Shown: one piece after another, positions 33,532 to 43,621 of the stretch | How the letters are laid out: each line of letters starts with the position of its first letter | Numbering within the stretch: position 1 is the first letter of the stretch | Translations under genes and position numbers: made by a program | Notes under the pieces: generated by a model | What the model was told of the DNA's origin: nothing | Databases searched by the model: none | What the model saw: only the letters and a program-made list of their open reading frames with translations | Source: Coraliomargarita sp. | GTDB lineage: Bacteria; Verrucomicrobiota; Verrucomicrobiia; Opitutales; Coraliomargaritaceae | Assembly: GCA_965216325.1 (NCBI GenBank) | Contig: OZ244160.1 | Span: forward strand, 2,976,001-3,040,000 | Length of the DNA stretch: 64,000 bases | Reading direction: 5' to 3'

Positions 33532-34671
33532 TTACTTTGTGGTGAGTGCTTTCTTTTTGGTTACGGCAGCTTCGTCCTGATAGGTCAGGCGCTCGGTCTT
33601 GCTCTCAATGGTAAACGGTTGGCCGGTGATCTTCATGTCGCCGATTTTTTGAGCATAGGCGCGGCGCACGAGGTTGACGCCGCCCACACCTTGGTAAGCG
33701 TTGGCGAGTGCGGTGAGTGCTTCACCCTCGGCTTCGGCTTTGACGAGGATCGCCTGCGCGTTCTTGTCGCGCTGGTAGAACTTTGCGTCAGCGCCGAGTT
33801 GTGTGTCGATCACATAGGCTTCGGCTTGGCGCACGTCGCGCTCGGCCTTTGCGTTGGCTTCAACGACAAGCTTTTCCATTTCACCCGCATAGGAGGCGAG
33901 GGTTACTTCCTTCTTCTTGGTTGCTTCAACAACGCGGAAGATCTGGTTCTGACGTGCGGCATTGGCCTTGGAAATTTGTTCTTCGACTTCCTGGTCAGCG
34001 AGCTTCTTGGCGCGAATACGCTCTTCGTATTCTTTGTGGAAACTGAACTTCTCGGCAATGACACTGGTGATCTCGACGCCGTAGTCGGACAGTAACTCAT
34101 TGAGTTCGAGCATGGCTTTTTGTGCTTTAATGTTACGCACACTAGCGTCGTAGAATTCTTCGGTAGTCATTTCACCAAAGACCGAGCGACACACGGAGCG
34201 GGAATAGTCACGCACCCACTTATACTTGTATGCGTCGGCGAGGCCGGATGTCTTCACGACTTCTTCGACCTTATCGCGTTGGATTTGATAATTGATGGTG
34301 AGGTCGAGGAAGACGTCGGAACCGTCGACTGTCTTAATACGCAAATCATCGCGGCCACTGCGTTCGCCACGCCCGGACTCCTGAACCATCTCCAAGCGCT
34401 GTACGGTCATGTCGAGCAGGTGGAAAGAGTTGAGTAGGCCGTTGTAAATATTGGTGCCGGATTCAGCGATGACAGTGATGTCGCCGGTGACGTTGTTCAC
34501 TTTGATCCCGACCTCAGTTCCAGAGACGCGTTGTACGCGGAAGGTCACCAGGAAGAAGACCGTCAGTGAAATCAGTGCGATGAGCACGAGTATAAGTGAG
34601 CCTTTGAACCCTTGCAGTAAATCAAGCATCGGGTTGGTGGGGCGTTGGAATTTATGGATGTTGTCAGTCAT
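33532..34671 (-). CDS. SPFH/band-7 domain protein (paralog)
   Basis: N-terminal [18 protein letters not shown], coiled coil. Confidence 0.85.
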   Translation of the reverse strand: MTDNIHKFQRPTNPMLDLLQGFKGSLILVLIALISLTVFFLVTFRVQRVSGTEVGIKVNNVTGDITVIAESGTNIYNGLLNSFHLLDMTVQRLEMVQESGRGERSGRDDLRIKTVDGSDVFLDLTINYQIQRDKVEEVVKTSGLADAYKYKWVRDYSRSVCRSVFGEMTTEEFYDASVRNIKAQKAMLELNELLSDYGVEITSVIAEKFSFHKEYEERIRAKKLADQEVEEQISKANAARQNQIFRVVEATKKKEVTLASYAGEMEKLVVEANAKAERDVRQAEAYVIDTQLGADAKFYQRDKNAQAILVKAEAEGEALTALANAYQGVGGVNLVRRAYAQKIGDMKITGQPFTIESKTERLTYQDEAAVTKKKALTTK

Positions 34672-34680
34672 TGTTTGAAA

Positions 34681-35487
34681 TTAAGTGTTCAGGTCGGGCA
34701 GCTGCTTGGCCGGAGCCTTGATGATTTTGAGGAAGACAAAGAAGGCGATCAGTAGGCTACCAAACAGCAGAAAGGGGAAGGGCAGCTTAGCGGTCACTGC
34801 AAGGAGTAGTCCGAGCACCAGAATGCCAAGTGATATGGATAGGCCTTTGACGAGCCGGATCTCCAGCTCTTCCTTGACGGCTCCGGGGAATTGGCGGATG
34901 AAACGATCGTTGCGCGCATAGGCCGGGCGAGGGTAACGCATCGGCGGTTCCTCCCAAGCTTGCAAGTCACTGTTGAAGCGCAGTGCGCCAAGTCCCTTCA
35001 GTTCGTTGAGGCGCAGCTCGACCTTTTTGAACGATAGGCGTGAGTGGCCGGCGATATCGCTGGCACTGGTCGGGGCATTTAGATTTTGCGAAAGATAGGC
35101 GAGTTCGTGTTGCCAGACCGCATCCGCTGGCCAGATGTCATTTTGAGCCAGTAGCGAAAGTTCCGCTTCGATCTTTTGGCGGATGTCCGGAGCCAGCACA
35201 CTGTATTCGTAATCGTCAAGCGGCTCGTTGGAGTAGACGCAGTTGCGGGGGGCAAACTTGTGTGGGCTCTTGTTCAGTGACTCCTTGAAGAGGTAGCTGG
35301 TCAGTCCGTCCTGCGTGTGCTTTTCCACCCGCTGCGACTCGGCCAGTCCATCGAGCACCTGTTCGGCGAGGGACAGGCTAATCGGCAGATAGGGCAGTAG
35401 CTGAATCGAGTGCACGACTCCTCCTTGCGAAGCAGATAGCTGCTCAGCGAGGTTTTCGGTGACGATCGGCCAAATGGGATGACTCAT
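34681..35487 (-). CDS. Hypothetical protein with two C-terminal TM helices
   Basis: 268-aa ORF 9 nt upstream of the SPFH pair. Confidence 0.75.
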   Translation of the reverse strand: MSHPIWPIVTENLAEQLSASQGGVVHSIQLLPYLPISLSLAEQVLDGLAESQRVEKHTQDGLTSYLFKESLNKSPHKFAPRNCVYSNEPLDDYEYSVLAPDIRQKIEAELSLLAQNDIWPADAVWQHELAYLSQNLNAPTSASDIAGHSRLSFKKVELRLNELKGLGALRFNSDLQAWEEPPMRYPRPAYARNDRFIRQFPGAVKEELEIRLVKGLSISLGILVLGLLLAVTAKLPFPFLLFGSLLIAFFVFLKIIKAPAKQLPDLNT

Positions 35488-35670
35488 TGCTAACCCGTTT
35501 TAGAACTTTGGATTCCGCTGTCACCTGAAATCGGTTTCGACGGAGTCGATTTTGGCCAATCTGAAAGTTAGAACGAGGTAGTTTTGAACCGCAGAGGTCG
35601 TGGAGGCCGTAGAGTGTGTTTGAATGGATCTTATCCTCTGCGCCCCAGCAGAGTGGGGCGGCCACACTTT

Positions 35671-35802
35671 AAAGCTCTCCTCCTTGGTTAAGGAGGAGTC
35701 CCCGAGCTTGCGAAGGGGGAGGTGGTTTGTTCTAGGCCTAGCAATACCCCTCCGTCGGCGACAAGCGCAGACACCTCCCCTTGGCAGGGGAGGAGCTTTC
35801 TT
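35671..35802. repeat. CCCCTCC/GGAGGGG-type palindromic repeat (family C)
   Basis: atacccctcc...acctccccttggcaggggaggagcttt; related copies at 42998-43052 and 62583-62692. Confidence 0.7.
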
Positions 35803-36037
35803 TGTCTATTAGTGTAGGGCTGGTGAGTGTGAAATGCCCTCTGGGTGCTCGATACCGTCATCCGGAGTGAGGCTAGAACGGCGTAGTAGAAACCGCAGAG
35901 ATCGCGGAGAGCGGAGAGAGTGTGCTGGAATTCAATCTTTGCGCCCTCTGCGTTCTCTAGCGAAGCGGGCGGTTAGCATATTCGTATGAGAAGTAACCCA
36001 TCCTGAAAGCACCGCATGCAGGCTGGACTTCGAACAG

Positions 36038-37090
36038 ATGCCGACCAAGTTTCTGGCTTGGATGGATCACAGCCCGCAACAGATCAAAGAACGGATGGAG
36101 GCCGTGGCGCTTGCGCTCGGGTTTCATTCCTTTGGTGTGGCCAAGGTTCCGATGACGTTACGCGGTGATTACTATGAGCGTTGGATCGCCGATGGCCAGA
36201 ACGGCACCATGGGTTGGATGGCCAACAATAACGATCGTCGGCTTCATCCGGAAAACCTGTTGCCCGAAGCTCGTAGCATTCTGGTCTTTGGCATGAATTA
36301 CTATCAGCCGGATCCCGAGCGGCGCTATCGTATCGCTAAATACGCGCTCGGAGATGATTACCACAATATGATGCTGAAGCGGCTGAAGAAACTCTGCCGC
36401 ATTTTGCGTGATGACTACGGCGCCGCTCAGCGCCCGTATGTGGATACTGGACCTCTGCTAGAAAAATCGATTGCGGCGGCTGCAGGAGTCGGATGGCAGG
36501 GGAAGAGCACGATTTTGATCGAGCCCAAACGTGGCACTTGGTCCTTTCTCGGGAATATTGTGACGACGCTCGATTTGCCAGCGGGGGCAACAGTCAAAGA
36601 CCGCTGCGGAAGCTGCAGCCGCTGTATTGATGTGTGCCCGACGAAAGCGATCACAGCACCGTATCAACTGGATGCTCGCCGCTGTATTTCCTATCTGACC
36701 ATTGAGCACGATGGCACAATTCCAATGGAATTCCGCGAGGCGATCGGCGACCGTCTCTATGGGTGCGATGAATGCCTGGATGTTTGCCCATGGAACAAAT
36801 GGGCCACACCGACCGAGGAGGCAAAATTTGCGCCGCGTGAAATCGAAGATCTTCGAGAACTGCTCGAGTGGGGTGAGGAAACTTTTAAAGCACGTATGCA
36901 GGGCTCGCCAATGCGTCGCCTCAAGCTACACCGTTTCCGTCGAAACATTTGTGTGGTGCTCGGCAACATCGGCACGGCAGAGGATGTGCCGGCCTTGCAG
37001 CAAGTCGTCAGTGGTGACGATGCCATGGTCGCCGAACATGCACAGTGGGCGATCGAGCAGATTACGCAGAGAGAAGCGGGGAACCGTTAA
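36038..37090 (+). CDS. queG: Epoxyqueuosine reductase
   Basis: YALGDDYH, VDTGPLLEK, CGSCSRCIDVCPT, GCDECLDVCPWN. Confidence 0.95.
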   Translation: MPTKFLAWMDHSPQQIKERMEAVALALGFHSFGVAKVPMTLRGDYYERWIADGQNGTMGWMANNNDRRLHPENLLPEARSILVFGMNYYQPDPERRYRIAKYALGDDYHNMMLKRLKKLCRILRDDYGAAQRPYVDTGPLLEKSIAAAAGVGWQGKSTILIEPKRGTWSFLGNIVTTLDLPAGATVKDRCGSCSRCIDVCPTKAITAPYQLDARRCISYLTIEHDGTIPMEFREAIGDRLYGCDECLDVCPWNKWATPTEEAKFAPREIEDLRELLEWGEETFKARMQGSPMRRLKLHRFRRNICVVLGNIGTAEDVPALQQVVSGDDAMVAEHAQWAIEQITQREAGNR

Positions 37091-37202
37091 TTAACGTCAA
37101 TTTACATGAATGTGGTAGCGCTGGTGCGTCTCGCACCGCATCAGCTACTCCCAAAACTCAGCCCGTTTGTGGTGAGCTTGTCGAACCCATCGGGCCCTCT
37201 AG

Positions 37203-38781
37203 CCCGTATATTGCATGAATGGGTTTGTCTTGGTCAGGTTGATCTTTTTTCGCTCAGTTGGTGTAAAGGGACTACCGAATGGCAGGTAAAAAGCGTTAGC
37301 TTTTATCTGTAAGCATAGCTTAGCTCTATCCCTGCGTATATTTGGCTTCCTCTGGAGTTGAGCCGCAGGGTGAAGCGCGAAGGTGGATTTTAAGTGGGAT
37401 GTAGTTTGGCCGCACATGCGGCAAAGGCCTGTTGATCGGGACATGCGACGCTGAGCCGGAACAGCCAGCGGCTGCGTTTTCGTTCAATCAGGCAAGCGAT
37501 CTTCACGAGTTTGATCCGTATGCTGTGCACGGTGGCGCGTTCCAATTTGGTGCCTGCCAATCCGATACGGCGAATCGTGTCCATGAGCACGTAAGCGAGT
37601 GAAGACAGGAGCACCCGCCACTGGTTCGCCCACCAGTTTGAAGCACTGGTGCGGTCACTGAAGAGCATCATTTGTTCTTTGATTTTATTCTCCATTTCGC
37701 CCCGCTCGCAGTAGTGCGCGTATACCTGCTCGGGCGCTTCGCTCACATTGGTAATCACAAAGCGAGGGTTCGCACCGAGCTTGGTGTGTTCGGCCTTATG
37801 GATGATCCGGCGACTGCGTTTCCATTTACCGGCCGCGTAAGTAAACTGCCCAAAGCGCTTTTGCTTTTCATCGGTCTGCTCAAAGTCTTCGGCAACTTGC
37901 TGTTGTAACTTGGCTCCAGCTCGCTGCAGACGTGGATTACGTGCGATCCCGACGACATAATCGACTTGGTTACGTTCACACCAACCCAATACTCGGTGGC
38001 GACAAAAACCACTGTCGGCGCGAAAGACGATCTTCACCTGCGGCCACCGCTGACGGATATAAGTAGTCAGCAACTTGAGAATCGCACCGGCATGCTTGGC
38101 CGCATCGATATTGCTCGGGCGCAGGTAAGCGACGAGCAACTGCGAACCGCAAAACACATAAAGTGGCAAGAAGCAGTAGTTACCATAGTAGCCGTGAAAG
38201 AAGCGTCCCTCTTGCATGCCATGGACCGGATCATCAGTCGCATCAAAATCCAACACGATCCGCTCCGGATCCTGCCCGAATGAATCGAGGAACTGATCGA
38301 CGAACAACTTGTTCAAAGCTACCGCACCACTGCGATCCTGCGCGTTCTCAAAGCGACACAAAGTCGATCCGCTGCCAAGGCTCTTGTCGCCCCCGGCAAG
38401 CATCTGCCACAGTGGATCATCCCTTAACTCGTCAAAATCGTTCAAGTCCTCATAGCCACTGGCCAAGCCATAGACGCGCTGACGTAGCAATTGCTCAGCG
38501 CTGTGCTTAACCTTTCCCGGCTGGCGATCATCGACCAAACGCTTCGATGCAGCCTTGGTCAGACCTAAGCGACGATCCGCTTCACGTAACAACAGTAAGC
38601 CCCCATCACTACTCAATCTGCCTGCGTCAAAACGAGCACTCACGCGCTTACTTTTATGACTTGTGAAACGATACGTGCTCTGTTGTTTTTCTGACATCGA
38701 AGGGTTTTGGGTTCTTTTTCGCAACTAACTGCATAGCAGTTGCTTGAAACCCTTCGATACTTTATTCGCGCAATATGCGGG
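37203..38781 (-). mobile_element. IS1380-family insertion sequence (1579 bp)
   Basis: IRs CCCGTATATTGCATGAAT / ATTCGCGCAATATGCGGG; CTAG duplicated at 37199-37202 and 38782-38785. Confidence 0.92.
37390..38724 (-). CDS. IS1380-family transposase
   Basis: SSDGGLLL, GYEDLND, DFDATDDPVHG.QEG, RADSGF, RGEMENKIKE. Confidence 0.93.
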   Translation of the reverse strand: MRKRTQNPSMSEKQQSTYRFTSHKSKRVSARFDAGRLSSDGGLLLLREADRRLGLTKAASKRLVDDRQPGKVKHSAEQLLRQRVYGLASGYEDLNDFDELRDDPLWQMLAGGDKSLGSGSTLCRFENAQDRSGAVALNKLFVDQFLDSFGQDPERIVLDFDATDDPVHGMQEGRFFHGYYGNYCFLPLYVFCGSQLLVAYLRPSNIDAAKHAGAILKLLTTYIRQRWPQVKIVFRADSGFCRHRVLGWCERNQVDYVVGIARNPRLQRAGAKLQQQVAEDFEQTDEKQKRFGQFTYAAGKWKRSRRIIHKAEHTKLGANPRFVITNVSEAPEQVYAHYCERGEMENKIKEQMMLFSDRTSASNWWANQWRVLLSSLAYVLMDTIRRIGLAGTKLERATVHSIRIKLVKIACLIERKRSRWLFRLSVACPDQQAFAACAAKLHPT

Positions 38782-38893
38782 CTAGCGTAGCGGTTGTCGC
38801 AAAAGGACGTCGGGTCCGAAAGCAGTTCAGCTGTAGATTTTCTACAACCGCTCCGCTAGAGGAGGGGAGGAATGGAAGACGTCTATCTCTGCG

Positions 38894-39199
38894 CTAGGTC
38901 GCGATTGGCTTAATCCGGCTCTTGAGTTTATCGAGCTTATCCAAGGATGCGATCTGCAAGTCGTAAGCGACTTGTAAGTTTAATCAGAATTCGGGGCGAT
39001 TGTTGAAACACAGTCCGAGGGCTAAGGCGCTTTCGGCGTTAATGGCGCGCTTGCCCTTGATGATCTCATTGATCGTGGAGCGGGGCAGCCCTGTGCGGCG
39101 CGACAGTTCGGCTTGGCTGAGTTCATATTCATCCAGAAACTCAACCTGTAGGAAGCGGCCGGGTGTTGCGTTGCGGAGTGCTTGTTCTTCGGGAGTCAT
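38894..39199 (-). pseudogene. higA: HigA-family antitoxin with premature stop
   Basis: PGRFL..EFL...LSQAELS...INEIIKGKRAI...PEF*LNLQVAYDL; TGA at 38984-38986 where Trp is expected. Confidence 0.85.
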
Positions 39200-39215
39200 G
39201 GCTTGGTTCCTACAT

Positions 39216-39297
39216 CGCATGGGCGGAGGGATTCGTTCCGAGGCCTAATGGCCGACATGACCGGGCACTGAGCAAAGCGAAGTGAACCGGACCACCG
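39216..39297 (-). repeat. Interrupted duplicate of tRNA-Arg 3' half
   Basis: cgcatgggcggagggattcg identical to 39325-39344; similarity resumes as gaacc-ggaccaccg after 48 nt. Confidence 0.75.
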
Positions 39298-39326
39298 CAG
39301 CTGAGGATCACGTAGCCCAGGCAACG

Positions 39327-39402
<76 letters not shown>

Positions 39403-39550
39403 TGCGAAAGAGCTAGGAAAGAAGGCATTTTTAGCCGACTAGCAATTGTATTTTCTGCAATATACCACGGTTTGTAACCCGTTTTTGTAACCCGAAATGT
39501 TTGGGCTGCTCGCTTGACCTGAATCGCTAGCCCTTACTTGCTGTCTGGTT

Positions 39551-42500
39551 ATGTCGGATGAAATGGGTCAACTCGAGGGATTGAAAGGCTTTGAACAGCT
39601 GGATCTCGGTGAACTCTATTTTCTCGGTGGACGCAAAAGTGTGGAGCGTGGTTTGGCCTACTTCCGTCAGTTTGCGGTGGAGTCGCTTGAATGGGATGCG
39701 CGCTCGAAGCGTATCACTGCCATGGTCAGTGGCAGTCAGCGCGCTCCGTATGAGGTGACGCTTTGCGTGCGCGATGGGCGCTTGGAGCATGAATGCGATT
39801 GCCCGGCTTGGGGCACGTATGACGGTAGCTGCAAGCATGTGATCGCGGCGACGGCGGCGGTGTTTATGGCGACTCAGGGCAAGTTTGCGGGTGGTGTGGA
39901 ACTGCCGGAGGACTATGTGCAAGAGCTACGGCAGGGCTTGGGCTATGCGAAAGAGGCGACGACTGAAGCCAAGCCGCTGGAGAAAGCTGTGCGCCCGAAG
40001 ACGACCTTGTTACTGGCGGAGCTGAATCGCTACTGTAGCTTGCAGTTTCGCGTCAAGGGGCCGGTTCCGCAGAAATTTCTTCGTTCGGTTGGAATTACGC
40101 TGGCAAATGATTTTGGATATTATGGCTCGCGTGAGTTTTGGCTGGGGGATCCGGGGCGGAGCCTGCAGTCTTTCATTCATAAAGCGCAGGCTCAGGGTGT
40201 TGAGCTGCAGGTGAAGGTGCATGGGCAGTCACGGCCATTGACTTGGGGGCCAGAGGATTGTCGTTTGCGGATCGAATACGACTTTGTGCGAGGCGAAGTG
40301 CTGCGACGGGTGCGTGTTAACGCTGCAGAGGGGGAGACGCTGGTTCCGTATGCATTGATTGAGTCTAGTCAGTATGTATTGTTGGAAAGTGGCGAGGTGT
40401 GTCAGATCGCTTCTGCGGATGGGCTGGCTTTGGCGGGTGATCGTGGGCCATTATATCAAGCATATGAGCCGGATGCGTTCAATGGGGTGGGCTATCGGGT
40501 GCGCTATCGTAAGGATCCGCCGGACTTATTGATCGATGGCAAGCGCTCGGATGCCCTGGAGTTGCATCCGGAGGCGGTACGTTGTTCCTTGGATTTGGGC
40601 ATTTGGAAGAATGCTGCGCGGGAGCCGGAAGAGTTGGAGTTTACCGGCGCGATTGAGTTGGATGGCTGCAAGCTGGTGCTGGAGGAATTAACCGAGCGTT
40701 GTCTTGCGCCTTTGGTGACCGCTTATGCGGGTGGTTTGTTTTCGGCAAAGCGCCGGGTGCGGGCTTTGCTGGAATTGATCCGCTGTCTGCTGGCGGATGG
40801 CGTGACACGGGCGAAGCTCGATTTGTCCGACTATCGTGTGGATTTTCCGGAGCTCACCAGTAATGAGTATCGTGGGGTGGTGCATGCGATGCTGGCGAAT
40901 CTGCTGAGCTTTTTGGAGTCCTTTCCGGAGGAGCGCTATGGCATAGCCTTGAATGCAGAGGAGCGGCGTTGGTGTGCGTATCCGCTGGATGTGCGGCAGT
41001 TTGCGATGCTGCTGTTCAGTATGGCCGATCTGACTAGCCGGAAGGATTTGTTGGCCTTTGCTAAAGGGAAAATTCCGATTGTGCGTGGCACGAGCGGGAT
41101 CGATCAAGTGAAGCGTGTGGTGTCTGCTGCGCGTGTGTTGGGTGTCGAGGTGCGCTTTGATGAAAAGCCGATTCATTCCGAGCAGCTGACGATTTCAGTG
41201 GACACTCAAACCTCCGGAACGGATATCGACTGGTTTGCCCTCCATCCGTCGATTCGTTGTGGTGAGCAGACGATTGAGGCGAATGAATGGCAGCAACTGG
41301 TGCGCGGGCAATTGATGCTGACCGCTAAGGATGGGAGTTTGATTTTGCCGGACGTGCCGGAGGAGGGCGAAGCTGGCCTACAAGTGCTGGCGTCGATGCT
41401 GCGTCAGAGTTCGGGTTCGAGTGCTCGTTCGAACTTGAAGGTGCAGGCGGAGTTGCAGGTTTCGCGTTTGGAGATGTTGGACTGGTTGATGCTGCGGAAG
41501 CATGGCGTGACTTTGCGCTTGCCGCCCGAAGCGGAGGAGTTGTTTGAGAGCTTGGCCAGTTTTGATCAGCTCGATGCCTTCGAACCGCCCAAGAGTCTGC
41601 AGGCAGACTTACGGCCGTATCAATTGGAAGGCAGCGCGTGGATCGAGTTTCTGTATCAGCATCGCTTTGGTGCTTGTCTCGCGGATGACATGGGACTCGG
41701 TAAAACCGTGCAAGCGATTGCCTTTATTGCGAAGCGTTTGGAGGAAAGCCCCGCAGTGAAGCAAGCGCCTGTGTTGATTGTGGTGCCGCCGAGTCTGGTG
41801 TTCAACTGGCTGGATGAATTTGCGCGCTTTGCGCCGAGTTTGAAGGTGGTGGACTGCTTGAAGCAGGCGGATTGGGCGCCGGCAATCAAGGACGCTCAGG
41901 TTGTGTTGACGACCTATGACCGGGTGCGGGTGGATCAAGGCACTTTGTCTGAGTATACTTTTGATATCGTGGTGTTCGACGAGGCGCACAATTTAAAGAG
42001 TGTCACGGCTGCGCGCACCAAAGCTGCGACGAAGTTGCAGCGGCGCTTTACGCTGTGCCTCACGGGCACTCCGGTGGAAAACAATGCCTCGGAATTCTAT
42101 TCGGTGCTCTCGGCCTCGGTGCCCGGAATCTTTGGCACACTGCAAAGTTTTAAGGATGCGTTTCGGCAGACCCCGGATCGTATTCTGGGGCGCTCGAAAC
42201 CCTTTATTCTACGCCGCACCAAGCAGGCGATTCTCACCGAGCTGCCGAAGAAAGAGGAGCACGAGTTGTTTCTTGAGATGTCTTCGATCCAGAAAGAGAT
42301 CTACACGCGCACGGTGGCTGAGGTTCGTGAAGAGGTGGCGGAGGCCTATGCGGATCGTCCGGATCAGCAGGCAGGGATTGTTGCCTTGGCGGCGATTCTG
42401 CGCCTACGACAGGTTTGTGTGAGCCCGGAGCTCATGGGCAAACGTTTGGCGGAGCCGGCACCGAAGTTTCAGTATATGGCTGATAAGCTTGAGGAGCTCG

Positions 42501-42979
42501 AAGCAGAGGGGCACTCGGCACTGGTCTTTAGCCAGTTTATTGGTGGATTGGACCAGATGGAGCTGATCGCGCAGACTCGCGGCATTAAGTATCTGCGTAT
42601 GGACGGCAAGACACCGGTCGCGGAGCGTAAGGAAATCGTGCGTGCGTTTCAGTCAGGCAAAGGCCCATCGTTTTTCTTTATCAGCCTGAAGACTGGCGGG
42701 GTGGGATTGAACTTAACGCGGGCGAATTATGTGTTCCACTTGGACCCGTGGTGGAATCCGGCGGTGGAAAATCAAGCCAGCGACCGAGCGCATCGTATCG
42801 GGCAAACGCGCTCGGTCTTTGTGCAACGCTTGATCATGCAGCACAGCATTGAAGCGCGTATGCTGGAGTTGAAAGCGCGCAAGGCGGAGCTGTTTCGTCA
42901 GTTAGTCGAGCAGCCGGGCGAACATCGTGCGTCTGCTGGGCTGAGTCGTGAGGACTTTGACTATCTGCTTAACGGGTAG
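39551..42979 (+). CDS. SWIM-finger SNF2-family helicase
   Basis: CDCP...CKH; LADDMGLGKT, DEAH, TGTPVEN, DPWWNPAVENQASDRAHRIGQ. Confidence 0.93.
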   Translation: MSDEMGQLEGLKGFEQLDLGELYFLGGRKSVERGLAYFRQFAVESLEWDARSKRITAMVSGSQRAPYEVTLCVRDGRLEHECDCPAWGTYDGSCKHVIAATAAVFMATQGKFAGGVELPEDYVQELRQGLGYAKEATTEAKPLEKAVRPKTTLLLAELNRYCSLQFRVKGPVPQKFLRSVGITLANDFGYYGSREFWLGDPGRSLQSFIHKAQAQGVELQVKVHGQSRPLTWGPEDCRLRIEYDFVRGEVLRRVRVNAAEGETLVPYALIESSQYVLLESGEVCQIASADGLALAGDRGPLYQAYEPDAFNGVGYRVRYRKDPPDLLIDGKRSDALELHPEAVRCSLDLGIWKNAAREPEELEFTGAIELDGCKLVLEELTERCLAPLVTAYAGGLFSAKRRVRALLELIRCLLADGVTRAKLDLSDYRVDFPELTSNEYRGVVHAMLANLLSFLESFPEERYGIALNAEERRWCAYPLDVRQFAMLLFSMADLTSRKDLLAFAKGKIPIVRGTSGIDQVKRVVSAARVLGVEVRFDEKPIHSEQLTISVDTQTSGTDIDWFALHPSIRCGEQTIEANEWQQLVRGQLMLTAKDGSLILPDVPEEGEAGLQVLASMLRQSSGSSARSNLKVQAELQVSRLEMLDWLMLRKHGVTLRLPPEAEELFESLASFDQLDAFEPPKSLQADLRPYQLEGSAWIEFLYQHRFGACLADDMGLGKTVQAIAFIAKRLEESPAVKQAPVLIVVPPSLVFNWLDEFARFAPSLKVVDCLKQADWAPAIKDAQVVLTTYDRVRVDQGTLSEYTFDIVVFDEAHNLKSVTAARTKAATKLQRRFTLCLTGTPVENNASEFYSVLSASVPGIFGTLQSFKDAFRQTPDRILGRSKPFILRRTKQAILTELPKKEEHELFLEMSSIQKEIYTRTVAEVREEVAEAYADRPDQQAGIVALAAILRLRQVCVSPELMGKRLAEPAPKFQYMADKLEELEAEGHSALVFSQFIGGLDQMELIAQTRGIKYLRMDGKTPVAERKEIVRAFQSGKGPSFFFISLKTGGVGLNLTRANYVFHLDPWWNPAVENQASDRAHRIGQTRSVFVQRLIMQHSIEARMLELKARKAELFRQLVEQPGEHRASAGLSREDFDYLLNG

Positions 42980-42997
42980 GTTGGAAGTGGTTTTGAG

Positions 42998-43219
42998 ATA
43001 CCCCTCCCATCTGACAAGCAGATGACCTCCCCTTGGCAGGGGAGGAGCTTTCTAGGGTAGCGCAGCACCGTCCTTCTCCGGCATGAGCCTGTCGAATGCG
43101 GTGCGCAACACGAGATATAGACTTATAGTCTGGCTTAGATGCGGTGCGAGACGGACCTGCGCTACCCTTTGAGTCATGCCCCTTGCTAGCTGTTGGCGCT
43201 TTGCAAGCAAAGGCCCTAC
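42998..43219. repeat. Cluster of three repeat families (C, GTAGCGCAG-type, A)
   Basis: Family C 42998-43052; gtagcgcag...cctgcgctac 43057-43165; ggcgctttgcaagcaaaggccctac 43195-43219. Confidence 0.7.
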
Positions 43220-43231
43220 GGTAATCGTAGC

Positions 43232-43537
43232 TTAGCCGTCGAGTTTGATGACGAGGCTTCTCAGGTAGTCCCAGCTATAGAGGCCGCTGTTGTGGCCGTC
43301 GCTGAAGGTGGGACGCAGGGCGTAATTACCGACGATGTCCCAGCTCTTGATGGTGACGCCGGGGAACTCTTTGGGGCCGTTGCCGCCGTATTGGTTACCG
43401 AATATGTCTTTCTCGCCGATGTTCTGTGCGCTGGGTGAGTGCTTGCGCAGGAACTCGGATTCGAAATAGCTCTCGCTGCCGTCATCCCAGAGGATGCAGA
43501 GCTCGTTACCGATCAGCTGAATGTTTTTCGGTTTCAC
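43232..43537 (-). CDS. DUF971 / GBBH-like N-terminal domain protein
   Basis: LRKHSPSA, VGNYALRPTFSDGHNSGLYSWDYL. Confidence 0.88.
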   Translation of the reverse strand: MKPKNIQLIGNELCILWDDGSESYFESEFLRKHSPSAQNIGEKDIFGNQYGGNGPKEFPGVTIKSWDIVGNYALRPTFSDGHNSGLYSWDYLRSLVIKLDG

Positions 43538-43621
43538 CTCAAATGGTTGTTAGTTGCTAGTTGGTTGTTGTCTGTTTGGTAAGTGACTGCCTCGAGAAAC
43601 TTTCAACAAACGCCGTTCAGC

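Noticed and set aside
38984..38986. TGA recoding as Trp or Sec in higA
   Set aside because: TGA ends other genes here (e.g. tilS) and Trp is TGG elsewhere; a nonsense mutation is simpler
39551..42979. SNF2 helicase as an anti-phage defence system
   Set aside because: Standalone SWIM-SNF2 with no nuclease, methylase or partner genes nearby
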